Of a stretch of DNA of 64,000 bases, positions 21,702-35,320 are shown piece after piece. The notes beneath the pieces were generated by a model, which was given only the letters and a program-made list of their open reading frames with translations, made no database searches and had not been told where the DNA came from. Positions within the stretch are counted from its first letter, which is position 1; each line of letters begins with the position of its first letter. The translations under genes were made by a program, and so were the position numbers. Origin of the DNA: Callorhinchus milii (lineage: Eukaryota); NCBI RefSeq assembly GCF_018977255.1, contig NW_024704743.1, positions 186,001 to 250,000 of the forward strand, written 5' to 3'.

Positions 21702-24492
21702 CCCACGGCTCTGAATCAACAACAGCGACAGCACAGACCCTCCTCCGTCCCCCCTCCCCCTCCATCTCTCCCCTCCTCCCTCCCCCTCCCCCCTCCCCCC
21801 CTCCTCCCCCCTCCGCGTCTTCGAGACGTCTCAAAGTGCTTCACAGGATACAGCGTAAAGTGTAGTGACTGTGCGGATTGTGGGCCACAACGTCCGCACA
21901 AATGGCCGGGGGTCGGGGTCGGGTCGGGGTCGGGTCGGGGTCGGGACGAAGGGATTATTACCCCCGGAAGAGCGATCCGCCACTCGACTCTGAAGGATGT
22001 GGGTTCCAGCCGTCCCGATCCCCCCTCCCCCCCCCTCCCCCCCCCCCCCCACGCCTCCCACATCGGGGACTCTCAGCTCACAGCACAGACTGTCGCTCCG
22101 ACACAGCGCTGCGGGGGGGGGGAGAGGGAGAGAGAGAGAGAGAGAGCACCGCATTGTCAGACGCCGTCTTTTCGGATGAGAAGTTTAATCTCACTCACTC
22201 ACTCACTCGCTGTCCGCAGCGCTGTCGGGAAAAGAGCAGAGAGTTTCTCTCTCTCTCTCTGTTTACCCGGAACCCGCTTGTTAGTCGATCAGCGGATCAC
22301 TTTAATAATAATAATAATAATAATCCTCGCATTTGATATAGCGCTTTTCACGTCGGGAGGACGTCCCAAAGCACTTCACAGAACACACTGTAAAGTGAAT
22401 TGACTGTATATTTGTGGGCGAACGCGGCAGCCAATTGCGCACAGCAATGTCCCACAAACTTTCCGGTGGGTGGGTAACAATCCCTTCAAAGAAATAAATA
22501 ACGATTCGGTCACTTCAATCCGCGGCTGTGCTTGGCTGCCGGGTTTCACACAGTCACTACGCTTTACAGCACGTCCTGCGAAGCGCTTCGAGACGATTTG
22601 CATCGAATGCGAATTTGATCCACATGCAAGGATTTTTCCTATTCCTATCGTAAACGTGGACAGAATGAAGCCAAAGCCAACGCGCTGCAGAGAATGATTC
22701 CCAGTCATTCGGAAAGGTGGCCATTCCTGTTCACAGGTGCGCTCCAGCCGTACAATACTCAAAGGTGTTGCAACGCCTAACACTGTGTGGGATTATGTGG
22801 CAGAGGCAGGTTGGCACACTGGTCTCTCACTTGCGCAATGGCAGATAGATGGGAGAAAGTCTGTCCCCACTTGCCCTCTTCAGTGCCTTAATAATTTAAA
22901 ATAGCACTTTATTAATAATAATCCTTGCCTTATCATGTCAATCGATTAACAGCCGGGTTCCTGCTTAACTGCTAGGTAAACAGAGAGAGATGTGTGGAGC
23001 GAGGAAACCTGCCTAAATTTTCTCCCTGCCCGGGAATTGAACCCAGGTCCTCTTCTTTTTTATAGATAAGCAGATCAATTTGTACTCAGAAATGTCTCAA
23101 TAAAAGCCAAAAAGTGAATCACGGCAACAACATACATCGCCCCTCAAACACGGTAGTATCCCAGGGCGTTTGGTGGAGCACGGCGCGAAGCCGGTGGGGG
23201 GGGGAGGGGGAGGTGACCATGTAAAGACACGGTCAAATAGGAAGGTCTTCAGGTGAGACCTGAAGATGGGGAAGGAAGAAGCAAGGCAGAGGGATAGAGG
23301 GCGAGAGCGCCAAAGTTTGGGGGCATAGTGGCTGAAAGCATGGCCACTGATGGTGGAATGGAGGGTACGAGGAACATGTAGGAGGCCAGAGCGGGTCAAG
23401 CAGAGGCAGCGGTTGGTGGAGTGGGTGGTAAGCAAGTCAGAGAGGTCGGCAGATCCCAGGGCATGAAAGTATTTGAAGACGAGTGTGAGGATCTTGAAAT
23501 CGATCTGTTCGGTGATAGGGAGGCATTGGAGGTTGGCTAGAGCTAATGTGATGGGGGGTGGGGGGGTAAATGGAGATTTGTTGGCCAGGACTACAGGAGA
23601 GAGAAATCCCTTCTCTTTTCGGATAGCTCCGCAAGATTTTTAACGTCCACCTGAACAGACAGACAAGACCTTGGTTTAACATCTCACTGCAGGAAAGCCT
23701 CTCTGATAATGCACTGTACCACAGCACTGTAGCATCACCTTAGGCTGTGAGCACAAAGTCCCGACATAGGGGCTTGAACCCACAGGACTAAGAGACGAGA
23801 ATGCTAGTGACCGAGCCAGGCTGACTCCGAACCAACAACAACTAGCGTTATTATTGCGTCCTTCTCAGAGAGCTTGACAGTGGCGGGGCCCAATGCCGAG
23901 CCAGGGGGAGGGAGAAGATGACCGTAAGCAGGTCCAAGTGTGACCTAAAAGAGGGGAAGGAGGAGGCATGGCGGAGGGATTGAAGGAGAGAGTTCGTAAG
24001 CTTTGGGGCGGTAGTGGCTGAAAGCACCGTCGCCGATGGTGGAGCGGAGGGGATGAGGGATAAGCAGAAGGCCATATCCTGCCGAGGGGAGGGAGCGGGT
24101 GGTGGAGTGGGGAGTAAACAGGTAAGAAAGATAGGGATTTGTAGACGAATTGAGTATCTTGAAAATCGATCCAATCTGTGATACGGAGCCAGGGGAGCTT
24201 GGCGAGGGCTGGTGTGACGGGGGGGTTGGCATTTAGCGCGGGTGAGAATCAGAGCCAGGCTGACACCTAAACCATGTGAAATAAAAAAACACAAACACAT
24301 TGGAAAGATATTTATTTTTATCCTAATGAGACCAATCGCAGGTTTTCACAACAGGTGTGATAGTGGAGACCACTTAGTGTTATCGGGGTGTGGGTGAACC
24401 AGGAGAATGTTCAGCTGTGCGCAACCGGAGGTCACAGTATATTTACCCCAGGGCCATGTACTGCAAATTCACTCAACCCTCAACTTCTCAAG

Positions 24493-24526
24493 ATGTTTCC
24501 CTGCCTCGTGTTTCTCCTCGCTCTCG
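24493..24526 (+). CDS. Elastase-like copy 1 exon 1
   Basis: [11 protein letters not shown], donor G|GTAAG. Confidence 0.85.
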
Positions 24527-27500
24527 GTAAGTCACTCTAAACGGTTTAGTTTCACGAGCTGGGATTGTTCTCCTTGGAGCAGAGAAGCTTAGGGGGAGAC
24601 TTAACGGAGGTGTTCAATACTATGGGGGAATTTTTATGATTCTAAATCTGTACCGAGTCTTAGAGAAAGCTGTCCGTTCAATTTTGGAACCCTCGCCCGG
24701 CTCCACAGGATTGTGTTTAAATTCACCCTCCTACCCCTACCGTCCCTGCTTTCCACAATTTACACAAAATATACATTTCGTCCACAAAATACACAGCCCA
24801 TTAGTTTACAGCATATTCTGTGAAGCGCTTTGAGACGTCTCAAACGACGTGGCAAGGAGCTATATCGAATGCAAGGATTATTACTAACACCCCTCCTGCT
24901 CGAATCCCTGACTGCCCAGCGCCTTGGGACATCCTCCCGACGTGAAAGGCGCCGTGTAAATGTAATGTGTTGCTGTTGTTGTTTATGATATTGTTTGTGA
25001 ATTAGGAGCAGTTTGTGGGCTACCGGCAAAGAGGTACCCACTCACCAAACAACCTCACCTCGGCCGAGTTATTGGCGGACAGGAAGCTGTTCCACACAGC
25101 TGGAAATGGCAGGTAATAATAAAAATAATATTATAATAATATAATAAAATTATAACAATGAGATAATAATAATTCTACAACAATAATTGGGGAGGACAAG
25201 TTTGCAGAGCTATAATACTTTATAGTCAAAGTTTATAAATAACCATTTTGTTTATAAATACCAGAATAACTATACATTCGGTTATAAATGACTGTGTATT
25301 TATGATCAATTTATAATCATGATAATAATAATCCTTATATTTGATGTAGCACCTTATCTTTGAGACTTAAAGCGTTTCACAGAATTTACTGTAAGGTGGA
25401 TCGACTGTATTCTTTGAGGGCGAGACCCACCAGCCAATTATGCCCAGCAGCGTCCCACAAATAGTGGACTGAGTGACCAAATTATTATTGCTTTTGAAGG
25501 GATTATTATCCCACTGGAAAGTGATCCGTCAAATGACTAACAACTAGGTTCCTACTTACTGCTAAGTAAACTTACTGCTAAGTAAACAGAGGCGTGTGGA
25601 GTAAGGAAACTTGGCCAAGGTTTCACCCTGCCGGGAATCGAACCCATGTTCATATGTGAAGCGGGTGTCCTAACCAGGCTATAGGACAACACAACAACGT
25701 TTATGCAGTGGGTGGAGCTCTTAGCAGTTTTGTGGTCTGCTCCCACGCTGGTAAGGGAGGGGTTGTGACCATAGGCACGGTCAAAGACGAAGATCTTCAG
25801 GTGTGATTTGAAGACGGGCAAAGAGCGGGCAAGATGGAGGGATTGAGGGAGAGAGCTTCGGAATTTGGGGCCATAGTGGCTGAAAGCACGGCCACTGAGG
25901 GAGGGTGCAGCGGAGGGGATAAGGGACAAGCAGGAGACCTCAGCCAGTTGAGACAAGGGTAGAGAAAGGAAAGAAACATTCAGCAAAGGATGAAGCCATT
26001 CAGCCAAATGTGCCTTTAGTTAATTAATTAAAGGCACGTTTGGCTAAAGGCGCATTCAATTCACTGATTAATTAATTAGTAACAATAATGATCCTTGCAT
26101 TTCATAAAACATCTCATGACGGATGGAGGCACCTCAAAGCCCTTCAAAGAATTTTCAGCTAAAGTGTAGTCATTGTGTGGATTGTAGGCAAACGTAATGA
26201 GTAGGAACCCGGTTGTTGGTCGATTGGCGGATCGCTTGCTGGGGGGTAATAATCCCTCATAAATAATAATAATAATGTGGTCACTCACTCAACGACTGTT
26301 TGTCGGATACTGCTGTACTGAACTGGTGGCATCTAGATTGCGCACGGTGATGAGGTGAGAATAACCAATATTATTTGGGTGGATATACAGGGAAAGAGAG
26401 AAACTCCATTCACTTTGCCTCTCTACTCCTGCAGATATCTCTTCAAGTCACTTACGATTCAAACCCCACTGGATTCTGGCACACGTGTGGTGGCACTATC
26501 ATCCACTACTTATACGTCATGACAGCTGCCCATTGTGTTGACTCGTAAGTGAATTTTGGCCTTGCAAACATTATCAATAATTTACTCACTATCACAGCAC
26601 AGTTGGTTACTTAGCGCACACACCTCGCAGGTGAGCGCGAGGACCTGGATTTGATTCCCAGGCAGGTATCAAGTTTCCTTACCCCACACGCCTCTGTTTA
26701 CGTAGCAGTAAGTCGGAAATCTGGTTGTTGGTCCATTGGCAGATTGCTTTCCGGGAGCTCTGGCCTGTTCCACGTCCCCCCCGACCCACCCGCCCCACCA
26801 TTGGCGGGAGAGCCTTCAGCCACTCTGCCCCCCAACCTCTGGAATTCCATCCCCCAGTCACTCCACCTCGTCCCCCTCCTTAGCCTCCTTCAAGTCCCGC
26901 CTCAAGACCCTCCTTTTCGACCATGCCATCGGTCACCCAATTTTTTTGAAGGATTATTACCCTCGAAAGCGACCGTAAGCACGATCAAAAAGGAAGGTCT
27001 TCAGGCGGGATTTGAAAGCGGGGAGGGAGGGAGGGGGCCAGGTGGAGGGATTGAGGGCGAGACGTCCAGAGTTTCGAGGCGCAGTGGCTGAAGGCACTGC
27101 CGCCGATGGTAGAGCGGAGGAGACAAAGGACAAACATGAGGCCGGAGCCGGCTGAGCGGAGGCAACGGGTGGTAGAGTGGGGGGGAGTAACAACAGCAAC
27201 AACTTGGATTTATATAGCGCCCTCTACGCCGGACGGCGTCTCGGTAAGCAGATCGGGTCGGTAGGGAGGTGCCAGGGCATGAAGAGATTCGAAAACGAGT
27301 GAGAGAATCTCGAAGACGTGTAAGGAAACTTCCCTAAGGTTTCTTCCTGCCCGGGAATCGAACCCCAGTCCTCTCGCTTGCGAGGCGAGCTCTCCAGCCA
27401 CTGCGCTGCCACGATTAAGCTCGAAGAAAAAAATCGTCAGACTGAGCTGAAACCGGGTGGAAATTTGTACCTCTTGTCACTGAATCGGAATTTGGTCTGC

Positions 27501-30500
27501 AGGCCTTCCGGAAAGATCTACCGTGTGGGCTTTGGAGAGCACGACTTAAGTGTGGATGAAGGCACGGAGTACTATTTGGACGTGGAATCCATCCATGTCC
27601 ATCCCTACTGGAATCCTTCTTCCTTAGCAAGCGGGTAAGTTCACTCGCACAGTCCTACATTTGAACAACAACAACAGCAGCAGCAGCAGCAGCAGCAACA
27701 ACTTGCATTTACATAGCCCTCTTCATGCGGGTTAGCTCTTAGCAACAAAAACACCACTACCACCGCCACCAACAACAACAACAAATGGCATCCCTCCAGG
27801 GAGAGAGTTCCCATTCCGTTCCAATAAACATCTCTCCAATTCCCATGCGTCCAGGGTGTCCACAAAGTCCTGTTACCCCATTCATTCCCCCCCCCACCCC
27901 CTCCACCCCCACCACAACTGAAACACGTGGCAGAATGATGATACTTGCATTTAGAAGTTACTTAATTGTATTCAGTACAAGTGTTTAACTGCAGTTAGAC
28001 GTCCAGAGGACTGTGTGTATGTGTGCGAGTGAGTGAGTACTAACATTTTCATAGTTAATGATCCGTCGCCATATTTGTTGCCGCATCGTCTGTAACGTGG
28101 ATGGAGGAACATTGGACATTGTTATACTCCACTCATCTGCAACAGCAAATAAAAATCCACTGTACGAAAAAAGAACAAGGGGGATAAAAGGACTTTGTGA
28201 AGACCTTGTAGGCGGGATGCATTAATTGCTCAGTTGGGTTTGGAGACTCATGTGTCAGACACCCGGCGGACACCCCCCCCCCCCCCCACCACCACCCCCA
28301 CAAAAAATGGATCACTAAGACTTTAACAATCAGGCAGAAGTCAATGTCTAAAATAATAATCATAATAATAATAATTGGATTCAATACGGCGCCTTATCAC
28401 GACTTTGAAACATCTCAAAGCGCTTCGCGGGACACACTACAAAGTGACTTTGTGTTTGTGGGCGAATCGTGGCGGCCAACGGCACAGCTTACTTTTAAGA
28501 CAAACCATGATTATTCTTGTCTATTATTCAGGTATGATATAGCGTTGTTGAAGCTGAAGGACCCGGTTTACGATAATTCCTACGTGGAGATCGCAATCTT
28601 ACCCGTTGAGGGTCAAATCCTACCCAGTCAGAGCGAGTGTTACATCACAGGATGGGGATTAACCTCCCGTAAGTGTGGCCTCACCGTTGCATATCATGAT
28701 ATTATTGTTAAGATTCGTTTAAGTTACGTGCGGTATAAGCTTATGTATAGGCATTAGGGAAAAAAAGTTTTGTTCATTTTGTAAGAGCGGAGCTCAGTGG
28801 TTAGCACATTTGCCTCACAAGCGAGAGGACCTGGGTTCGATTCCCGGGCGGGATGGAATATTAGGTACATTTCCTTACTCCACACGCCTCTGTTTACCTA
28901 ACAGTAAATCGGAACCCGGTTGTTAGTTGATTGGTGGATTATTTTCCGGGGCTAATAATCCCTCCCTCAAAACATTTGGTCACTCCATCTATGACTGTTT
29001 GCGGGACGCTGCTGTGCGCAAATGGCCGCCGCTGTTTTACCCGGAAAACATACAGTCAATCCACTTTACAGTATGTTCTGTGAAGCGCTTTGAGACCTCT
29101 CAACGACGTGATAAGGCGCTGTATCAAATGCAAAGCCATTATTCTTACTTTTACAACTGTGCTAACTCCCTGCTCGCCGGATTTCCTATCTCTTCCCTCC
29201 ACAAGATGCAGATTGTTTCAGAACTCTGCAGATCGTGTCCTTTCCCTCACCAGCCTCTGTGACCCTATCACCCCCAACCCTCGCCCGGCTCCACTGGCTC
29301 CCCGTCCCCCAGAGGATAGCGTTCAAAATCCTCGTCCTCACTTTTAAAGTCCTCCGAGGCCTTGCCGCTTCCTACCTCTGCGACCTATTGACTCCATATC
29401 GACCTGTCGACTCCCTCCGCTCAAGAAGCATTGGCCTTCTCCACGTCCCCTGCCCTGCCCACCATCAGTGGTTGGACCTTCAGCCTCTCTGCTTCCATCC
29501 TTTGGAACTCCATCCCACAGTCACTTCGCCTCGCTCCCTCCCTCGCCTCCTTCAAGGCCCATCTCAAGATCCTTCTCTTCGACCACGCCTTCGGCCACCC
29601 TAATCCCATCCTCCCTGCCCTCCACCCCCTCCTGATCCCAACCCCCAGTTCGGATCCAAATTCCTGACTGTCCAGCGCCTCGGGACAACAGCAAATTACA
29701 TTTGTAAAGCTTCTTTCACAGCGGGAGGACATCCCATTGGTGGTAACCAATATTAGAGGCACTGTGTAAACGTGTTGTTGTTGTTGTTGTGTTGACCCGA
29801 CTCTCTCTATGGGAAGCAGTGACCAATACCATCTCCCCACACAGCTAACGGGAGCGGTGCTACCCGCCTACAGCAAGCCGGCTTGTCAGTGGTGAGCTAC
29901 GAAATCTGCTCGAGACCCGAGTGGTGGGGAGCCACGGTGAACGATCGCATGATCTGCGCTGGAGGGGACGGCTATAGTTCTGGCTGTCAGGTAACCATGT
30001 ACCGGCCTGGCTCAGCAGGTCACCAGATCACACCATCAACAGATCACCCTTCGGTCCATCTGTTCTCCTCCCTCCAGAACACCCACCCTATCGTCCTCCC
30101 ATCACGTGCATCGAGCCGCTGTTTAAACGAATCCCAGTGTCCTGGCCTCAACCTTCCCTGTGGAAGTCCTGTAGCTCAGTAATTAACGCGCTCGCCTCGC
30201 AAGCGAGAGGACCCGGGTTCGAATCCCGAGCAGCGCAAAGCCTTAGGCAAGTAAGTAGGAACTTACCGGTTGTTAGTTGATCGGCGGATCACTTTTCCGG
30301 GGTTAATAATCCCTTCAAAAATAAGTAAATAAATAAAATAAGAATTTGGTCACTCAACCCACGGCTGTTTGTGGGGACGCTGCCGCGTTTCGCCCGCAAA
30401 ATAAACAGTCAACTTCACTTTACAGAATATCGTGTGAAGCGCTTTGAGACGTCTCAACAATGTGACCAGGCGCTGTATTGAATGCAAGTGTTTGTTCTGG

Positions 30501-31213
30501 CTGTTGATGTTGTAGTGAGAGAGTCAGAAAGACGTGTTCACAAGGATACACTGTTGAGTGTAGTGACTGTGCAGTGTGTAAATCCTTATTCTCTTTTGCA
30601 CAGGGAGATTCCGGAGGTCCATTTGCCTGCAAGTCAAATGACGGTTATTGGTCAGTCCATGGCATTGTGAGCTTCGGGCCAATCTACTGCAACATCTATG
30701 AGAAACCTACAGTCTTTACCCGGGTGTCAGCCTACCTTGACTGGATATTCCAGGTACGTGTGGGTGCTATATCAAACGCAAGGATTACTATTAGTATTAT
30801 TATTATTTATCCACTTCGGATAAATTTGACAATTTGAATAGTTTCTTGGACTCACTGGTCAGGAACTAGAGGGCATCAGTTTAAGATAGTAAGTAAACGA
30901 GGAAACAGAGAGGTTAGGAGAAATATTCGACACGCAGAGCGGTTAGGACATGGAATGTGAGTGCTGGTTGAGGCAGAATCCATATGAGCTTCCCAAAGGA
31001 AAGTAGATAGACATCTAAAGAGGAGTAAACAACAGGGGTCTAGGGATTGGGCAGGTAAGGGGGACTGAAAGGATTGCTCTTAATTAGCAGCACCGACACG
31101 ATGGGCTGAATGGCTGTCTTCTGTGCTGTAAATGCCTGTAGTTCCGTCAGTCACACTAACTACGTCTCCTCCATCTGACCAACATCTTTCCCTTTCAGAT
31201 AATCAATGAGTAG
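24493..31213 (+). CDS. Chymotrypsin-like elastase family serine protease, copy 1 (8 exons, intact)
   Basis: Exons 24493-24526, 25006-25112, 26435-26544, 27503-27634, 28532-28668, 29845-29990, 30604-30753, 31199-31213. Signal peptide [12 protein letters not shown], activation site [49 protein letters not shown]-like TATATTTA at about 24438; AATAAA at 31254. Confidence 0.95.
25006..25112 (+). CDS. Elastase-like copy 1 exon 2
   Basis: [36 protein letters not shown]. Confidence 0.92.
26435..26544 (+). CDS. Elastase-like copy 1 exon 3 (His57)
   Basis: [37 protein letters not shown]. Confidence 0.95.
27503..27634 (+). CDS. Elastase-like copy 1 exon 4
   Basis: [44 protein letters not shown]. Confidence 0.95.
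28532..28668 (+). CDS. Elastase-like copy 1 exon 5 (Asp102)
   Basis: [45 protein letters not shown]. Confidence 0.95.
29150..29690 (+). mobile_element. L2 LINE 3' fragment
   Basis: [12 protein letters not shown]...[33 protein letters not shown]...[14 protein letters not shown]...SFKAHLK. Confidence 0.88.
29845..29990 (+). CDS. Elastase-like copy 1 exon 6
   Basis: [49 protein letters not shown]. Confidence 0.95.
30604..30753 (+). CDS. Elastase-like copy 1 exon 7 (Ser195)
   Basis: [50 protein letters not shown]. Confidence 0.95.
31199..31213 (+). CDS. Elastase-like copy 1 exon 8
   Basis: Pyrimidine tract plus CAG, then IINE-stop; AATAAA 40 nt downstream. Confidence 0.8.
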   Translation: MINE

Positions 31214-32894
31214 TGAACACCAGGAGGCCGATATGTATCAAACAAGAGTAGAAAATAAAGATACAGCATCAAACCATATTTGACTCTGTGTACGTGTATG
31301 TAATTGTGTGTTGCGCGCGTGTGTGATTGAGCGTGTGAGACTGCGCGTCTGCGTTGCACGTTCCGACGGTTCTCACCCCTCGATGTACGTGCGAATTTTA
31401 GTGACGCTTTCCTACTTAAGTGCCCTTTGCTCTCTCCTGACCCTGTCGGTGTGAGTCCCTGTCTCAAAGGTGGCTCAACCGAGTCGGAGTCCCACACAGA
31501 CAGATATTCCCAGTTAACTCCAATGGCCGGGAACTGGGACTCCATCACGCACACGCTCACACTAGCAGAACTCCCCGATGTCGACAGCTGCTCTCTGAAG
31601 GGCTTACTCCTGTTCTGGATTTGCAATGTTACAGAGACTCGACTGGCAGCACAATACTACATTGGCAAAGAGATATTAAACCAACCCTGACGTGAAAGGC
31701 CCCGTATAAATGTAATCTTGTTGTTTTATAGGTGTGCGGCTCTGCCCACTGTATGATGCGAATGCTCGGGCTTTGTCCCGCGCTAGCGCCCAAGTTTTAT
31801 TTTGCCCTCCAGGCCGCTTGTTAACTGACTCTCACTCAAACAGCCCTGGAGCCCGTCCACTGTTACAACTCATGTAGGCTCTTTGCTAAGTCTTTTGCGA
31901 GCAGCTTCTGCCACAGAATCCGTTCGAAGGAGAAAGCCTCCCCATTTCCCTTAAAGAATATTATAATGTTATATATACGTATTAGTTAAACATTAAAGAC
32001 TGCAATAGGCTGACCGTGACAACGTGTGTGTGATTGTGTGTTTGTGTGTGAATGTGTATCTGAGTGATTGTATGTCTGTGTGTGTGTCTGTGTGTGTATG
32101 TGTGTGTGTGTGTGTGTGTCGGTCTGTTTGTGTGTACGTGTATCTGTCTGTTTGTGGGTGTCAGGTGTGATAACACTCTGTGGCCAGAACATAATGCACA
32201 GTGAAGCACATCAGAACATTACTAATCGTTTTATTGCAGCAACAACAAGATTACATGTGTATGGCACCTTTCATGTCCCGAGGCGCTGGACAGTGTACAG
32301 CATTTCAAACACGAGCTGGGATCAGGGAGGGGAAGGGGGGCGACCGATTGCACGGTCGAAGAGGAGGGTCTTGAGGCGGGACTTGAAGGAGGCTAAGGAG
32401 GGGGCGAGGCGGAATGATTGGGGGATACAGTTCCAGAGGTTGGGGGCAGAGTGGCTGAAGGCTCTCCCCCCCCAATGGGTGGGTCGGGGGACGTGGAGCA
32501 ACCAGAGCCGGCAGAGCGGAGGGAGCGGGCGGGTTGGTAGGGGGTTAGGTGGTCACAGATGTAGGGTGGCGGGAGGCCATGGAGGACCAGGATCTTGAAC
32601 TGGATTCTCTGAAGGATAGGGAGCAGGTGGAGTTAGGCGAGAATGGGGGAGATGGGGTCGTTGACATTAGCTCACACTAAACACCAACTGTGGTTAATAT
32701 ACTGCCCGTTAATTCCAGCCCCAACCTCCCCCCCCCACACCGAATAAATCAGTCACGCCTGTTTGTGGGATGTTGCTGTGCACAAAATGGCTGCCTGTCC
32801 GCATGCAAAACACACAGTCACTACACTTTACAGGAACGTCCTGTGAGACGCCTTGACATATCTAGAGGAATGAGAACTAAAAAGCAGGGAAGTT

Positions 32895-33390
32895 TTGCTC
32901 AACTTATATCGAACCTTGGACCACACTTGGCGAACTGTGTACAGTTCTGGTCCCCATATTATAGAAAGGATAACAGAGGCACTCGAGAAGGTACAAAGGA
33001 GATTTACGAGGATGATACCAGAACTTCGTGGTTATACCTATCAGGAAAGACTGAACAAGGGGTGGACCTAATATAGGTCTTCAAAATTGTGTTTCTCCTT
33101 GTGGGTGATAGCCAAACCAGGCGCCATAAATATGAAATAGTCAGCAATAAATCAAATAGGGAAGTGAGAAGAAACTTCTTACCCAGAGAGTGGTGGGAAT
33201 GTGGAACTTGCTACCACAAGGACGAGTTGAGACGAAGAGCATAGATGCATTTAAGGGGAAGCTCGATAGGTACATGAGGGCGAAAGGAATAGAAGGTTGT
33301 GCTGATAAGCTGAGTTGAGGAAGGGCAGGAAGAGGCATTAACCAGTTGGGCCAAATGGCCTGTTTCTGTACTGTATGTCCTATGTAATAT
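32895..33390 (+). mobile_element. CR1 LINE 3' fragment
   Basis: GPHLANCVQFWSPYYRKD, followed by CR1 3'UTR ending GGCCTGTTTCTGTACTGTATGTCCTATG. Confidence 0.85.
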
Positions 33391-34137
33391 TGTGCAGCTC
33401 AGTGGTTAGAGCCCTGCAAGAGAGAGGACCTGGATTTGATTCGTATATTTTAAGACCTGATACGTCAGTATATCAAATGCAAGGATTATTATTATTTATT
33501 ATTATCCTCCCGACATGAAAGGAACCGTGTCAATTGCAATGATTGTTATTATGGGTAATATTCTAATTAATGTCAGTGCTAATTTAACAGCTAATTGAAG
33601 GCAGACTTAATAAATGCTGCACGTTTACCCCAGTACCTTAAAATTAAGATGAACAGTTAAAATGAAATTTATTCTCACCACCCAATGTCCTTTGAGTTAG
33701 TGCCTATGGGGCAATGACCTTAGATAGGTCGGAGAGGTGGGCTTTACAATAACAACAACAATAAATTACATTTACACAGCGCCTTTCGTGTCAGGAGGAT
33801 GTCCCAAGGCGCTGGACCCGAGCTGGGGGTTAGACTGTGGGATCAGAAGGGACCGAAGCCACTGTACTTACTGTTAGGTAAATATAGGCATGCGGAGTAA
33901 GGAGTGAGGTTCTCCGCCCGGGAATCGAACCCAGGTCCTCTCGCTTGCAAGGCTTGGGTGCTAACCACTACACTACAGGACTCATATGATTTATATGGAG
34001 TTTTTTTTTGGTCAGTCGGGTGTCTGACACATGCAGATACCCATCACCTTTGCTTAAGAGACTCCAAACCCAACTGAGAATTCCCCGCCTCCCACCTACA
34101 CATGGAAATCCCAGAGATAGGTTGTTGGAATGGAATG

Positions 34138-34185
<48 letters not shown>

Positions 34186-34849
34186 GGAGGGACGCGCCCA
34201 CTGCTTACCTAATTCCGGAGAGTATTAGGCGCAAGTTGGCAAGAGCCAAGGCTTGGGGGGAGCCTGGGGTAACTGCTGGAATCTAACCAACTAAAACCAC
34301 ACATAGCTTGCCATTGAGAGCAGTTATACGGAAAATCACAGCTTCAACAACGTCATCAAATTACATTTGTACAGCGCCTTTCGCATTGGGAGGATGTCCC
34401 AAACCGCTGGACAGTCAGGGATTTGGACCAGAGCTGGGAGTTGGGATAAGGAGGGTGGAGGGCAAGGAGGGTAGAGATAAGGAGGGTGGCCATGGGCATG
34501 GTCAAAGAGGAGGATCTTCAGATGCGCTTTGAAGGGGACACGGAAGGGGTTGAGGCAAACGGATTATGGGATTGAGTTCTAAAGGGTGGGGACGAAGAGG
34601 CTGAAGGCCTGACTGCTGATGCTGAGGCGCGCTGGGCAGGAGGTGTGGAGCAGGCCGGACACTGCTGAGAAGAGGGAGCGGACAGGTTGGTGTGCGGTTA
34701 GCAGGTTACAGAGGTAGGGAGGATCAAGGCCGTGGAGGGCTTTGAAGGCGAGGACGAGGATTTTGAACTCTATCCTCTGGGGGATGGGAAGCCAGTGAAC
34801 AGGGTGTAGGAACAGGTGGAGAATAGGAACATTTACTCTGACCGCTGGA

Positions 34850-35320
34850 TCAAGGTCGTCTCATGGCACGAAACGGTGAAATGTTTTACAATCGGATTGC
34901 CACCTGTCTGATTTCTCAGCCACTCAGCAACATATTCCTGGCCAACAACGACACCCCCCCGCCCCACACCCTGCTGGGAATCGAACCCAGGTCTCTCGCT
35001 TACGAGGCGACTGCTCTAACCCCTGAGATATGCTCTAACCACTGAGATACCCAACTCCAAATGGGCAGGTGGTGCATTTCCTGCGCTGGCATGGGTAGGT
35101 GTCGGGGATACGAGAGCATGTGTTAGTCGTGATGGATGAGAGGTCCTCAATCTCACGTCCCAGAGATACGTGTTTAACAAGCATCTGTGTTTTTTTCTGC
35201 ACATGGTTGTTTGTTCTTGGTTTTTAATTAATTTCAATAAAATGAAATTTATCATGTCTTGTGTGAACGAGGCCAGTGTTTCACCCCGGCCCAGCCCTTT
35301 GGACACAGTGTATATAAGAG
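34850..35320 (+). promoter_or_regulatory. Acinar-type promoter of elastase copy 2 (PTF1-like E-box+TC-box pairs, NR5A2-like site, TATA)
   Basis: TCAAGGTCG at 34850; CACCTG-N5-TTTCTCA at 34901-34918; CAGGTG-N5-TTTCCT at 35066-35082; CATCTG-N4-TTTTTC at 35182; TATATAAG at 35311. Confidence 0.5.

Noticed and set aside
30165..30235. tRNA-Ala-like genes (also about 39935, 44495, 55375, 63715)
   Set aside because: Each continues into the SINE body and lacks a proper acceptor stem and terminator; these are SINE heads.
31732..31825. VCGSAHC as a remnant of a fourth protease exon 3
   Set aside because: Only the AHC tripeptide matches; spacing to CGG and the flanks do not fit the paralogues.
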